From Clostridia bacterium (GTDB lineage Bacteria > Bacillota > Clostridia > Oscillospirales > RGIG577), in the NCBI GenBank assembly GCA_017419325.1, contig JAFOLN010000173.1:1-24418 (forward strand): a stretch of DNA of 24,418 bases. Reading direction: 5' to 3'. Positions 1-9,003 of this stretch are shown one piece after another (within the stretch, counting starts at the first letter, position 1; the number at the start of each line of letters is the position of its first letter). The translations under genes and the position numbers were made by a program. The notes beneath the pieces were generated by a model. The model was not told the origin of the DNA and did not search any database. It worked only from the letters and a program-made list of their open reading frames with translations.

Positions 1-162
1 GCGGGCGTTACCGTTACGGAGTGCTTAAAGAAGCTTAATTATTCAACGGACCGCATAGCCATAGAATTTAACGGCGACATACTGCCAAAGGCGAAGTACG
101 GCGACACCCTGCTTTCCGACGGCGACAAAATAGAGATAGTTCATTTCGTGGGAGGCGGATAA
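1..162 (+). CDS. thiS: Sulfur carrier protein ThiS (5'-truncated by window edge)
   Basis: Frame 1 reads AGVTVTECLKKLNYSTDRIAIEFNGDILPK...DGDKIEIVHFVGGG*. It has the C-terminal GG and IEIVxFVGGG motif and lies 1 nt before thiF. It is missing from the supplied ORF track. Confidence 0.93.
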   Translation, partial: AGVTVTECLKKLNYSTDRIAIEFNGDILPKAKYGDTLLSDGDKIEIVHFVGGG

Positions 163-163
163 A

Positions 164-793
164 ATGACGCCCACGAAGGAAGAACTCATCGCCGCCGCCG
201 ACAGCCGCTTTACGCGGGAGATACACGAAAAGCTTCTTTCCGCCCGGGTGGCGATAGCGGGTCTCGGGGGACTCGGCTCCAACGCCGCCGTTATGCTTGC
301 GCGCTGCAACGTGGGTCATATGCTGCTTGTGGATTTCGACACGGTTGACATAACCAACTTAAACCGCCAGGCATACGGCATAAAGCATATAGGACATAAA
401 AAGACCGACGCGCTCGTATCCATAATAAAGGAGATAAATCCATACCTTGAGCTTAAGACGTACTTCGGGCGCGTGACTCCCGAAAACGCGGCGGAGCTTT
501 TCGGGGATTATCCCATAGTGTGCGAGGCTTTCGACAAGGCAAACGAGAAGGCGATGCTCATAAACACGCTGCTTGAAAACTGCCCGCGCACCCGCATCGT
601 GTCGGGCTCCGGCCTTGCGGGCTACGGCGACAGCAACGAGATAAAAACGGTAAGACGCTTCAAAAATCTTTACGTCTGCGGCGACGACAAAAGCGACGTT
701 GACGACGGCATAGGCCTTATGGCGCCGAGAGTTGCCATAACCTCGGGGCATGAGGCGAATATGATAGTAAGAATGATATTAGGAGAAGAATAA
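164..793 (+). CDS. thiF: ThiS adenylyltransferase ThiF (short family-2 type)
   Basis: GLGGLGS nucleotide-binding loop, [13 protein letters not shown] motif and VCEAFD; lies between thiS and thiG. Confidence 0.9.
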   Translation: MTPTKEELIAAADSRFTREIHEKLLSARVAIAGLGGLGSNAAVMLARCNVGHMLLVDFDTVDITNLNRQAYGIKHIGHKKTDALVSIIKEINPYLELKTYFGRVTPENAAELFGDYPIVCEAFDKANEKAMLINTLLENCPRTRIVSGSGLAGYGDSNEIKTVRRFKNLYVCGDDKSDVDDGIGLMAPRVAITSGHEANMIVRMILGEE

Positions 794-806
794 AGGAGAG
801 ATAACA

Positions 807-1580
807 ATGGCAAAAGACGACAAGCTTATACTGGGCGGACGTGAATTTACGTCGAGATTTATCTTAGGCTCGGGCAAATACAACCCCGAGCTTATAAATG
901 CGGCCGTGGAGCACGCGGGCACTCAGATGATAACGCTGGCAGTGCGCCGCGCGAACAGCAAGGGCGACGGCAACATAATAGAGCATATCCCGAAGGGCGT
1001 AACGCTCCTTCCCAACACCTCCGGCGCAAGAAACGCGGAGGAGGCCGTTCGCATTGCGCGCCTTGCGCGTGAGCTGGGCTGCGGCGACTTCGTAAAGATA
1101 GAAGTAATACACGACTCGAAGTACCTTCTGCCCGACAACTACGAGACCATAAAGGCAACGGAGATCCTCGCAAAGGAGGGCTTCCTCGTTATGCCCTATA
1201 TGTACCCCGATCTGAACGCCGCGAGAGCCTTAAAGGACGCGGGCGCGGTATCCGTTATGCCGCTTGCGGCTCCCATCGGCTCGAACAAGGGCCTTGCGAC
1301 GAAGGAATTCATACAGATACTTGTGGACGAAATAGACCTGCCCATCATCGTTGACGCGGGCATAGGCCGTCCCAGCCAGGCATGCGAGGCCATGGAGATG
1401 GGCGCAGCCGCAATAATGGCCAACACCGCGATAGCAACGGCGGGCGACATCCCCGCGATGGCGGGCGCGTTCAAGGCCGCAATAGAAGCGGGACGCGCGG
1501 CTTACCTGTCGGGTCTCGGCAGAGTAGTGCAGAGAGGCGCTGTTGCGTCCTCGCCGCTTACGGGATTTTTAGAGGAATAA
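807..1580 (+). CDS. thiG: Thiazole synthase ThiG
   Basis: Motifs [21 protein letters not shown] (Schiff-base Lys), [12 protein letters not shown] and DAGIG; RBS AAGGAG. Confidence 0.96.
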   Translation: MAKDDKLILGGREFTSRFILGSGKYNPELINAAVEHAGTQMITLAVRRANSKGDGNIIEHIPKGVTLLPNTSGARNAEEAVRIARLARELGCGDFVKIEVIHDSKYLLPDNYETIKATEILAKEGFLVMPYMYPDLNAARALKDAGAVSVMPLAAPIGSNKGLATKEFIQILVDEIDLPIIVDAGIGRPSQACEAMEMGAAAIMANTAIATAGDIPAMAGAFKAAIEAGRAAYLSGLGRVVQRGAVASSPLTGFLEE

Positions 1581-1593
1581 GGAGCGATTGACC

Positions 1594-2748
1594 ATGGAAA
1601 AGAGAACGAATCATATGGAATATATGCCCGGCATGGAGATAATCGAGTCGGACATCGCCGACAAGGTAATAGCGGCAATGGAAAGCTATGACTATACGCA
1701 GTACAAGGCCTCGGACGTGCTTCGCGCCCTGTCAAAGGAGAGCCTTTACCCCGAGGATTTCGCGGCGCTGCTTTCACCCGCGGCCGAGCCCTTCCTTGAG
1801 AAGATGGCCGCCCGCGCCCGCGAGGAGACAAGAAAGCACTTCGGAAACGCCGTATATCTTTTCACGCCCATATATATCTCAAACTACTGCGAGAACTACT
1901 GCATCTACTGCGGCTTTAACTGCAAAAACAAGATAAAGCGCGCAAAGCTCGACTTCGAGGCGATAGAGCGGGAGATGGCGGCCATTGCAAAGACGGGCCT
2001 TGAGGAGATACTCATTTTAACGGGCGAGAGCCGCAAGATGAGCGACGTAAAATACATCGGAGAGGCATGCCGCATAGCCCATAAGTATTTCAAGAACGTG
2101 GGCATCGAGGTATATCCCATGAACACCGACGAATACGCGTACCTCCATGAATGCGGAGCCGACTTCGTTACCGTGTTCCAGGAGACGTACAACTCCGACA
2201 AATACGAAAAGCTCCACCTGGCAGGTCATAAGCGCGTGTTCCCGTACCGCATAAACGCGCAGGAGCGCGCCATCCGCGGCGGCATGCGCGGAGTGGCCTT
2301 CGCGGCGCTGTTGGGCCTTGACGACTTCAGAAAGGACGCCTTCGCTACGGGCATGCACGCATACCTTATTCAGAGAAAGTATCCCCATGCGGAGATATCC
2401 TTCTCCTGTCCGCGCCTTCGCCCCATCGTGAACAACGACAAGATAAATCCGAAGGACGTTCATGAGCGCCAGCTTCTTCAGATAATGTGCGCTTACCGCA
2501 TATTCATGCCCTTCGCCGGCATGACCATATCGACCCGCGAACGCGCCGAATTCAGAGACCACGTTATAGGTCTTGCGGCAACGAAGATCTCCGCGGGCGT
2601 AAGCACCGGCATAGGCGAGCACTCAAACGACGAGGCTCAGGGCGACGACCAGTTCGAGATAGCCGACGGCAGAAACGTGGACGAGGTATTCGCGCGCATC
2701 CGCGAGATGGGGCTTCAGCCCGTTATGAACGACTATGTCCTCGTTTAA
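1594..2748 (+). CDS. thiH: 2-iminoacetate synthase ThiH (radical SAM tyrosine lyase)
   Basis: CxxxCxxC motif in SNYCENYCIYCGF, plus FQETY, ISTRE and DEQ/DDQFEI-type C-terminus. ATG 1594 is preferred over TTG 1588 because of spacing from AAGGAG at 1579-1584. Confidence 0.93.
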   Translation: MEKRTNHMEYMPGMEIIESDIADKVIAAMESYDYTQYKASDVLRALSKESLYPEDFAALLSPAAEPFLEKMAARAREETRKHFGNAVYLFTPIYISNYCENYCIYCGFNCKNKIKRAKLDFEAIEREMAAIAKTGLEEILILTGESRKMSDVKYIGEACRIAHKYFKNVGIEVYPMNTDEYAYLHECGADFVTVFQETYNSDKYEKLHLAGHKRVFPYRINAQERAIRGGMRGVAFAALLGLDDFRKDAFATGMHAYLIQRKYPHAEISFSCPRLRPIVNNDKINPKDVHERQLLQIMCAYRIFMPFAGMTISTRERAEFRDHVIGLAATKISAGVSTGIGEHSNDEAQGDDQFEIADGRNVDEVFARIREMGLQPVMNDYVLV

Positions 2749-3295
2749 GCTTATAGCCATAACGAACAGGACGCAGTGCGATGACCTGTGCGCCCAGATA
2801 AGGCGCATAGCCGCCTTAAAGCGGCCCGATATGCTCATCCTTCGGGAGAAGGATATGCCGGAGGACGAATATGAGGCGCTTGCGCGTGAGGTTATCGCCG
2901 TATGCGACGAGGCGGGCATAGAATGCGTGCTTCATACGTTCGTGGGCGCGGCGCGGCGGCTCGGGCATAAAAAGATTCATCTGCCCATGCCCGTGCTGAG
3001 GGAAAACCCGGATATTTCAAAGGAGTTTTCGCTTGTGGGCGCGTCAACGCATGATTTTTCGGAGGCGCGTGAGGCGGAAAGCCTCGGCGCGTCGTATATC
3101 ACCGCAAGCAACGTGTTCGAGACCGACTGCAAGCCCGGAATGCCCGAAAAGGGCACGGCGTGGCTTACGAAAATGTGCGAATGCGTAAAGCTCCCCGTGT
3201 ACGCCCTGGGCGGCGTAAACAAAAAAACGCTGGATGAAATAAAAGCGACGCCCGCGGCGGGAGCCTGCATGATGTCGGGCTATATGAAAATGTAG
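2735..3295 (+). CDS. tenI: TenI-like / short thiamine-phosphate-synthase-fold protein
   Basis: TIM-barrel motifs LREKD, ASTH, VFETDCK (TenI signature), PVYALGG. It lacks the ThiE ND and HxGQxD motifs and overlaps the thiH stop. Confidence 0.65.
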   Translation: MSSFKLIAITNRTQCDDLCAQIRRIAALKRPDMLILREKDMPEDEYEALAREVIAVCDEAGIECVLHTFVGAARRLGHKKIHLPMPVLRENPDISKEFSLVGASTHDFSEAREAESLGASYITASNVFETDCKPGMPEKGTAWLTKMCECVKLPVYALGGVNKKTLDEIKATPAAGACMMSGYMKM

Positions 3296-3319
3296 CCGTT
3301 CTTCATGGGAAATTGACTG

Positions 3320-3348
3320 TTGCGTTTTCCATAGGGCTGTGATATGTT
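3320..3348 (+). promoter_or_regulatory. sigmaA-type promoter TTGCGT-N17-TATGTT with extended -10 TG
   Basis: -35 at 3320-3325, TG at 3340-3341, -10 at 3343-3348. The predicted start (~3355) coincides with the 5' end of a long hairpin. Confidence 0.55.
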
Positions 3349-3354
3349 ATCCAT

Positions 3355-3437
3355 ATAAGCCGTCGCTTTTTTCGTTAAAACTGCCCGATAACTCATTCAG
3401 TCGGGGATTAACTTGCGAACCCGCGGCGGCTTTTCTT
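3355..3437 (+). ncRNA. Candidate unclassified small RNA (~80 nt rod-like hairpin ending in a U-rich tract)
   Basis: Nested helices AAGCCGTCGC/GCGGCGGCTT, GTTAA/TTAAC and CCCGAT/GTCGGG. There is a promoter upstream, a TTTTCTT tail, and no ORF with an RBS before the next terminator. Confidence 0.45.
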
Positions 3438-3461
3438 CGGATATAGTGCATAATTGAGCAT

Positions 3462-3501
3462 AAAAAAACAGGGCTGAAAGCCTCGGCTTTCAGCCCTGTT
3501 T
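3462..3501. terminator. Bidirectional-type intrinsic terminator
   Basis: AAACAGGGCTGAAAGC-CTCG-GCTTTCAGCCCTGTTT perfect 16-bp stem with an upstream A-tract; it ends the minus-strand hydratase transcript. Confidence 0.88.
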
Positions 3502-3513
3502 ATGTGTTTATCC

Positions 3514-4293
3514 TTACTTATTTTTAAACTGCGGCTCGCGTCTTTCGAGGAAAGCGCGCATGCCCTCCTTTGCGTCGTCGGAGGAATATGCTATGGCGAG
3601 AGCGTTCGCCTGCATCTGGGATGCCGCCGCCTGTCCCGTGGTCACGTCCGAGAGCATGACCTGTTTTGCAAGTCCCATGGCGATGGGCGCGTTCTTTGAA
3701 AGAAGCTCCGCCTCTTCAAGCGCCTTCTCCATTACCTTATCCGCGGGCACGATAAAATTAACAAGCCCAATGCGCTCCGCCTCGGCCGCGTCCACGTTGC
3801 GACCCGTGAGGAGTATCTCCTTTGCGCGTCCGAAGCCCACGAGGCGCGAAAGCCTCTGCGTGCCGCCGTAGCCGGGGATAATGCCCACCTTCGTCTCCGG
3901 CAGGCCGAATATCGCCTTATCCGACGCTATGCGTATGTCGCAGGCCATGGCAAGCTCAAGCCCGCCGCCGAAGGCGTAGCCGTTAAGGGCGCAGATGTAT
4001 ACCTTCTGTGAGTTCTCGATGTCGCGGCACACCTCAAGGCCCATAGCCGAGCAGGCCCGCTCCTCCACGACGGAGAAGCTTAAAAGCATATTAAGGTCGG
4101 CTCCCGCGGCGAACGCCTTGCCCTCGGCCGTAATTATAACGGAGCGAAGCTCCCGGTCGGTCTCAAGCTCCTTAACGATGCCGTGAAGCTCCGCCATAAG
4201 CTCATTCGTTATCTGATTTCTCACCTCGGGGCGGCAAAAGGTTATAACAGCCGTGCGTCCCTGCTTTTTAAGCGTCATGTACTCATATGCCAT
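3514..4293 (-). CDS. Enoyl-CoA hydratase / crotonase family protein
   Basis: AFAAGADL oxyanion motif and GYAFGGGLELAMACDIRIA...FGLPETKVGIIPGYGGTQRL with both catalytic Glu present. Confidence 0.92.
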   Translation of the reverse strand: MAYEYMTLKKQGRTAVITFCRPEVRNQITNELMAELHGIVKELETDRELRSVIITAEGKAFAAGADLNMLLSFSVVEERACSAMGLEVCRDIENSQKVYICALNGYAFGGGLELAMACDIRIASDKAIFGLPETKVGIIPGYGGTQRLSRLVGFGRAKEILLTGRNVDAAEAERIGLVNFIVPADKVMEKALEEAELLSKNAPIAMGLAKQVMLSDVTTGQAAASQMQANALAIAYSSDDAKEGMRAFLERREPQFKNK

Positions 4294-4321
4294 TTTTCTG
4301 CCTTCTTTCTATATTATTTTA

Positions 4322-4816
4322 TTAAACCTCAAGCTCCATTATATAGTCGTCCATATAGAAACCGCCGCCGATGTCGGTCTTTACGCTGTCTATGGTCTTA
4401 AAGCCCAGCGCGGTGTATACGTCCTTTGCGAAGTTATACTTATTCACCGTAAGATAAATGGCGCGAAGCTGCTTTTCTTTGCAGATATCCTTATATTTAT
4501 CCACGGCCATGCGGGATATCTTTCGTCCCCGCGCCTCCTTTTTAACGTAAAGCTTGCTTAAAAAGAGCCTGTCGCCGTGAACGGCTATGCCGGAGTAGCC
4601 CACGTATTCGCCGTCCCACTTAAAAAGATAATATGTATACCCCTCGCTCGCCCTCTGGCGCTTCATGGCGTCGTAGGACTGGAATTTGTCAAGCATATAT
4701 AAGACCTGCTCCCGCCCTATGATGGGGGTGAAATGCTCGTGCCATATCTCCTTTGCGAGGGCGGCCGCCGTTTTCAGCTGTTCGTCGGACAGTACCTCCT
4801 CTATATATAAGCCCAT
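4322..4816 (-). CDS. GNAT family N-acetyltransferase
   Basis: LSKLYVKKEARGRKIS acetyl-CoA motif A and LTVNKYN...VYTALGF; RBS AGGAGG. Confidence 0.88.
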   Translation of the reverse strand: MGLYIEEVLSDEQLKTAAALAKEIWHEHFTPIIGREQVLYMLDKFQSYDAMKRQRASEGYTYYLFKWDGEYVGYSGIAVHGDRLFLSKLYVKKEARGRKISRMAVDKYKDICKEKQLRAIYLTVNKYNFAKDVYTALGFKTIDSVKTDIGGGFYMDDYIMELEV

Positions 4817-4902
4817 TTATAACTCCTCCTTTAAAAAAGCTCCCCGTGGCTTTATCCGAATATTCCTCCAAAGCTTACATTTAATATGATAATGTGCTTA
4901 TA

Positions 4903-4931
4903 ATTATACAAAAAGCGAGGGCGCTTTTCAA
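4903..4931 (-). promoter_or_regulatory. sigmaA promoter TTGAAA-N17-TATAAT for the GNAT-hydratase operon
   Basis: On the minus strand, -35 maps to 4931-4926 and a perfect TATAAT to 4908-4903, with a 17-nt spacer. Confidence 0.75.
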
Positions 4932-4940
4932 TTCTTATAA

Positions 4941-5651
<711 letters not shown>

Positions 5652-5671
5652 GAGCTTTAAGGAGGTTTTTT

Positions 5672-6946
5672 ATGACTATACTTATAAAAAAGGCGCGGGT
5701 CATTGACCCGACGCAGAAGCTTGACCGCATTTCCGATATACTTATAGGGGACGGAAAAATAAAGAAGCTGGCGCTTTCGATAAACGAAAAGGCGGACACC
5801 GTGATAGACGGCGCCGACTGCATCGCCGCGCCCGGCTTTATAGATATGCACGTTCATTTCCGCGATCCCGGATTTGAATACAAGGAGGATATCATAACGG
5901 GCGCGAGGGCGGCCTTAAAGGGCGGCTTTACGTCGGTAGCCTGCATGGCGAACACGAAGCCCGTCTGCGATACGCCCGAGGTCGTAAAATATATAAAGGA
6001 CAAGGCGCTTGAGACCCATGTGAACGTATATCCCGTGGCGGCCATGACGAAGGGGCTTAGGGGCGAGGAGATGACCGACATAAAAGCCCTTAAGGCGGCG
6101 GGAGCCATCGCCGTGTCGGACGACGGCCGCCCCGTTGAGAACTCAAAGATGATGCTCGACGTGTTAAGAAGCGCGGACGACAACAACATCCTCTCCATAG
6201 CCCACAGCGAGGACTTAAGCCTTGTGGACGGCGGCGTTATAAACGAGGGACGCGTATCGTCCGAGTTCGGCCTTCGCGGCATGTCCCGCATGGCGGAATA
6301 TATGGCGGTGGCGCGGGACGTTATGCTCTCCATACCGAAGAAAAACAGGCTCCATATAGCCCACGTAAGCTGCAGGGAATCCGTTGAGGCCATACGCTGG
6401 GCGAAGACGCTTAACCCCAACATAACGTGCGAGACCGCGCCGCATTACGTTTCCCTTACGGAGAACAACGTGATGAAGCTGGGCGTAAACGCAAAGATGA
6501 ACCCGCCGCTTCGCACCCAGGAGGATGTGGACGCGGTGATAGAGGGCTTAAGGGACGGCACGATAGACGCGATAGCGACGGATCACGCGCCCCATTCCGA
6601 GGAGGACAAGGGCGAGCTTTCAAAGGGCGCTTTCGGCATCGTGGGCCTTGAAACGGCGCTGCCCGTATGCTATACGTATCTCGTTGCGGCGGGGAAGATG
6701 AGCATAAGAAAGCTTATCCGCTTAATGAGCACGAATCCCGCGGCAATCCTCGGCATAGAGGGCGGAAGCCTCACCACGGGAAGCCGCGCCGACATCGTGA
6801 TATTCGACACGGAGGAGCACAGGGTGAACCGTGCGAATTTCGCGTCAAAATCGAAAAACACTCCCTTCGACGGCATGACGCTTCGCGGCCGCGTGCTGTG
6901 CACCATATCGAACGGAGAGCTTGTATATAAAAGTGAAATGATATAG
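5672..6946 (+). CDS. pyrC: Dihydroorotase (long, type I)
   Basis: PGFIDMHVHFRDPG, SDDG, HSED, HIAHVS, KMNPPLR and IATDHAPH; ATG 5672 behind AAGGAGG. Confidence 0.95.
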   Translation: MTILIKKARVIDPTQKLDRISDILIGDGKIKKLALSINEKADTVIDGADCIAAPGFIDMHVHFRDPGFEYKEDIITGARAALKGGFTSVACMANTKPVCDTPEVVKYIKDKALETHVNVYPVAAMTKGLRGEEMTDIKALKAAGAIAVSDDGRPVENSKMMLDVLRSADDNNILSIAHSEDLSLVDGGVINEGRVSSEFGLRGMSRMAEYMAVARDVMLSIPKKNRLHIAHVSCRESVEAIRWAKTLNPNITCETAPHYVSLTENNVMKLGVNAKMNPPLRTQEDVDAVIEGLRDGTIDAIATDHAPHSEEDKGELSKGAFGIVGLETALPVCYTYLVAAGKMSIRKLIRLMSTNPAAILGIEGGSLTTGSRADIVIFDTEEHRVNRANFASKSKNTPFDGMTLRGRVLCTISNGELVYKSEMI

Positions 6947-6954
6947 GAGGAAAT

Positions 6955-7869
6955 ATGTCGATAGATGTCCTTATTAAAAAGATAAAAGAGAAAAACAACC
7001 CCACGGTGGCGGGGCTCGACCCTCTTCTTTCGTATGTGCCGGAGCACATAACGACAGAGTGCTTTAAAAAGTACGGCGAGACGCTTGAGGGAGCATCCAA
7101 GGCCATATACCGCTTCAACACCGCGCTAATTGACGAGCTTTCCGACGTGGTGGCGGCGGTGAAGCTCCAGTCGGCATATTACGAGCTTTACGGCTGGCGC
7201 GGCGTTAAAGTGCTCGATGAGACCGTAAGATACGCAAAAGACAAGGGACTTTACGTCATCGTTGACGTAAAGCGAAACGACATAGGCTCCACCGCGAAGG
7301 CTTACGCGGGCGCGTACCTTTCGGGCGCGGACGTGGGCGGCAAGCTTATACCCGCGTTCGGCGCGGATTCGATAACCGTAAACGGCTATCTCGGCACCGA
7401 CGGCATAACCCCCTTTACGGAGGCGTGCCGCGAACATAAAAAGAGCATTTTCGTGCTTGTAAAAACGTCGAACCCCTCATCCGGCGAGCTTCAGGACAAA
7501 AAGATAGGCGAAAGCCCCGTATATGAGGTGATGGCCGACATGGTAAACGGCTGGGGCGAAGGGCTTATCGGCGAATACGGCTATTCCTGTGTGGGCGCGG
7601 TCGTGGGAGCGACGTACCCCGAGATGCAGAAGGTGTTAAGAAAGCGTATGCCGAAGGCGTACTTCCTCGTGCCGGGCTACGGCGCGCAGGGCGCGGGTGC
7701 GGCCGACGTTGTGAACGCCTTCAATGAGGACGGCCTCGGCGCGGTGATAAATTCGTCGAGAGCCATAATGTGCGCATATAAAAAGACGGGCGACTCTGTA
7801 AACTTCGCCCGCGCGGCAAGAGACGAGGCCGTGCGCATGAGAGATGAGATAACGGCGGCGCTGGGCTGA
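6955..7869 (+). CDS. pyrF: Orotidine-5'-phosphate decarboxylase (long subfamily)
   Basis: DVKRNDIGST catalytic DxKxxD, VKTSNPSS, GAVVGATYP, LVPGYGAQG and NSSR. Confidence 0.95.
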   Translation: MSIDVLIKKIKEKNNPTVAGLDPLLSYVPEHITTECFKKYGETLEGASKAIYRFNTALIDELSDVVAAVKLQSAYYELYGWRGVKVLDETVRYAKDKGLYVIVDVKRNDIGSTAKAYAGAYLSGADVGGKLIPAFGADSITVNGYLGTDGITPFTEACREHKKSIFVLVKTSNPSSGELQDKKIGESPVYEVMADMVNGWGEGLIGEYGYSCVGAVVGATYPEMQKVLRKRMPKAYFLVPGYGAQGAGAADVVNAFNEDGLGAVINSSRAIMCAYKKTGDSVNFARAARDEAVRMRDEITAALG

Positions 7870-7917
7870 AAGCCCTTCGCCAATCAAGTATAAATGATAT
7901 AAAGGAGTGTAAACGGT

Positions 7918-8991
7918 ATGCAGGCGGTTTTAGTGCTTGAAAGCGGAGAAAGATTTTACGGCCGTTCGTTCGGCGCGGAGGCAAACGCTGCGGGTGAGCT
8001 TGTCTTCTATTCCGCAATGGCGGGATATCAGGAGGTATTATGCGACCCCGCGCATCAGAATAAGCTTGTTATAATGACGTACCCCATGGTGGGCAGCTAC
8101 GGCGTGAACGAGCAGGACGGCACGGATTTCTGCGCAACGGGCCTTATAGTCAAGGAATACGTGGACTATCCCAGCAACTTCCGTTCGGAGGGTACGCTTT
8201 CCGAGCTGATGAAGGAGAAGGGCGTAGTCGGCATAGAGGGAATAGATACGCGCGCGCTGGTAAAGAGGCTGAGAAACGGCGACCGCATCCGCGCCGCGCT
8301 TATTGCAACGGACGACAAGATCGATTTTGAAGAGGTGGGCTTCATCCTTGAATGCACGCCCCTCGATTTCGGCGTGCTTGGCATGACGGGCGACTTCCCC
8401 GAGGTATACAGACCCGAGGGGGAGACGAAGTGCCGCATTGCGCTTTACGATTTCGGCACGAAGAAAAGCGTTATAAACGCCTTCACGTCGCAGGGCGCTG
8501 AGGTCACCGTATATCCGCCGAGAAGCGACGTTGACAATATCGCCCGCATGAACTTTGACGCGCTCATAATAGCGGGCGGCGCGGGCGAGCTTGAGGACAG
8601 CATAAAGAAGTATACCGAGAGGGTGAAGGCTCTCATCGCCCTGGGGCTTCCCACGCTGGGCGTCGACATGGGTCATCTCATGATTGCGGCGGCGCTGGGC
8701 GGAAAGATAAAGCAGATGGACAAGGCGCACAGAAGCGCGTCCTGCACCGTGCGCGACATTAAGGCGTCCCGCGTTTATCCCACGCAGCAGAGCCACGTAT
8801 ACGAGGTGTGCGCGGACGCGCTCCCCGAGGGCGCAGAGGTCTCCTTCGTATGTCAGAACGACGGCTGCGTTGAAGGACTTGATTACCCCGAAAAGAATAT
8901 AAAGACCGTGCAGTTCTATCCCGACGGCTACCCGAAGGAATACGGCACCGGTTATGTATACAGCGAATTTTTAGACTCGCTCAAAGGTTAG
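7918..8991 (+). CDS. carA: Carbamoyl-phosphate synthetase small subunit, glutaminase active site degenerate
   Basis: N-terminal GELVF...GYQEVLCDP...TYPMVGSYG and GIDTRALVKRLR identify CarA, and it lies directly before carB. The catalytic motifs read GVDMGHL and QFYPD instead of GICLGHQ and QF/YHPE. Confidence 0.9.
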   Translation: MQAVLVLESGERFYGRSFGAEANAAGELVFYSAMAGYQEVLCDPAHQNKLVIMTYPMVGSYGVNEQDGTDFCATGLIVKEYVDYPSNFRSEGTLSELMKEKGVVGIEGIDTRALVKRLRNGDRIRAALIATDDKIDFEEVGFILECTPLDFGVLGMTGDFPEVYRPEGETKCRIALYDFGTKKSVINAFTSQGAEVTVYPPRSDVDNIARMNFDALIIAGGAGELEDSIKKYTERVKALIALGLPTLGVDMGHLMIAAALGGKIKQMDKAHRSASCTVRDIKASRVYPTQQSHVYEVCADALPEGAEVSFVCQNDGCVEGLDYPEKNIKTVQFYPDGYPKEYGTGYVYSEFLDSLKG

Positions 8992-9003
8992 GAGGAAAGT
9001 AAA

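Noticed and set aside
3355-3437. Possible THF riboswitch, tRNA or TPP riboswitch identity for the hairpin
   Set aside because: Only short words match (GTTAA, AACGAA and GGTTCG on the minus strand). The conserved cores, cloverleaf and downstream gene are missing.
7918-8991. Calling carA a pseudogene
   Set aside because: There are no stops or frameshifts, length and RBS are normal, and substitutions concentrate on catalytic residues while scaffold motifs persist.
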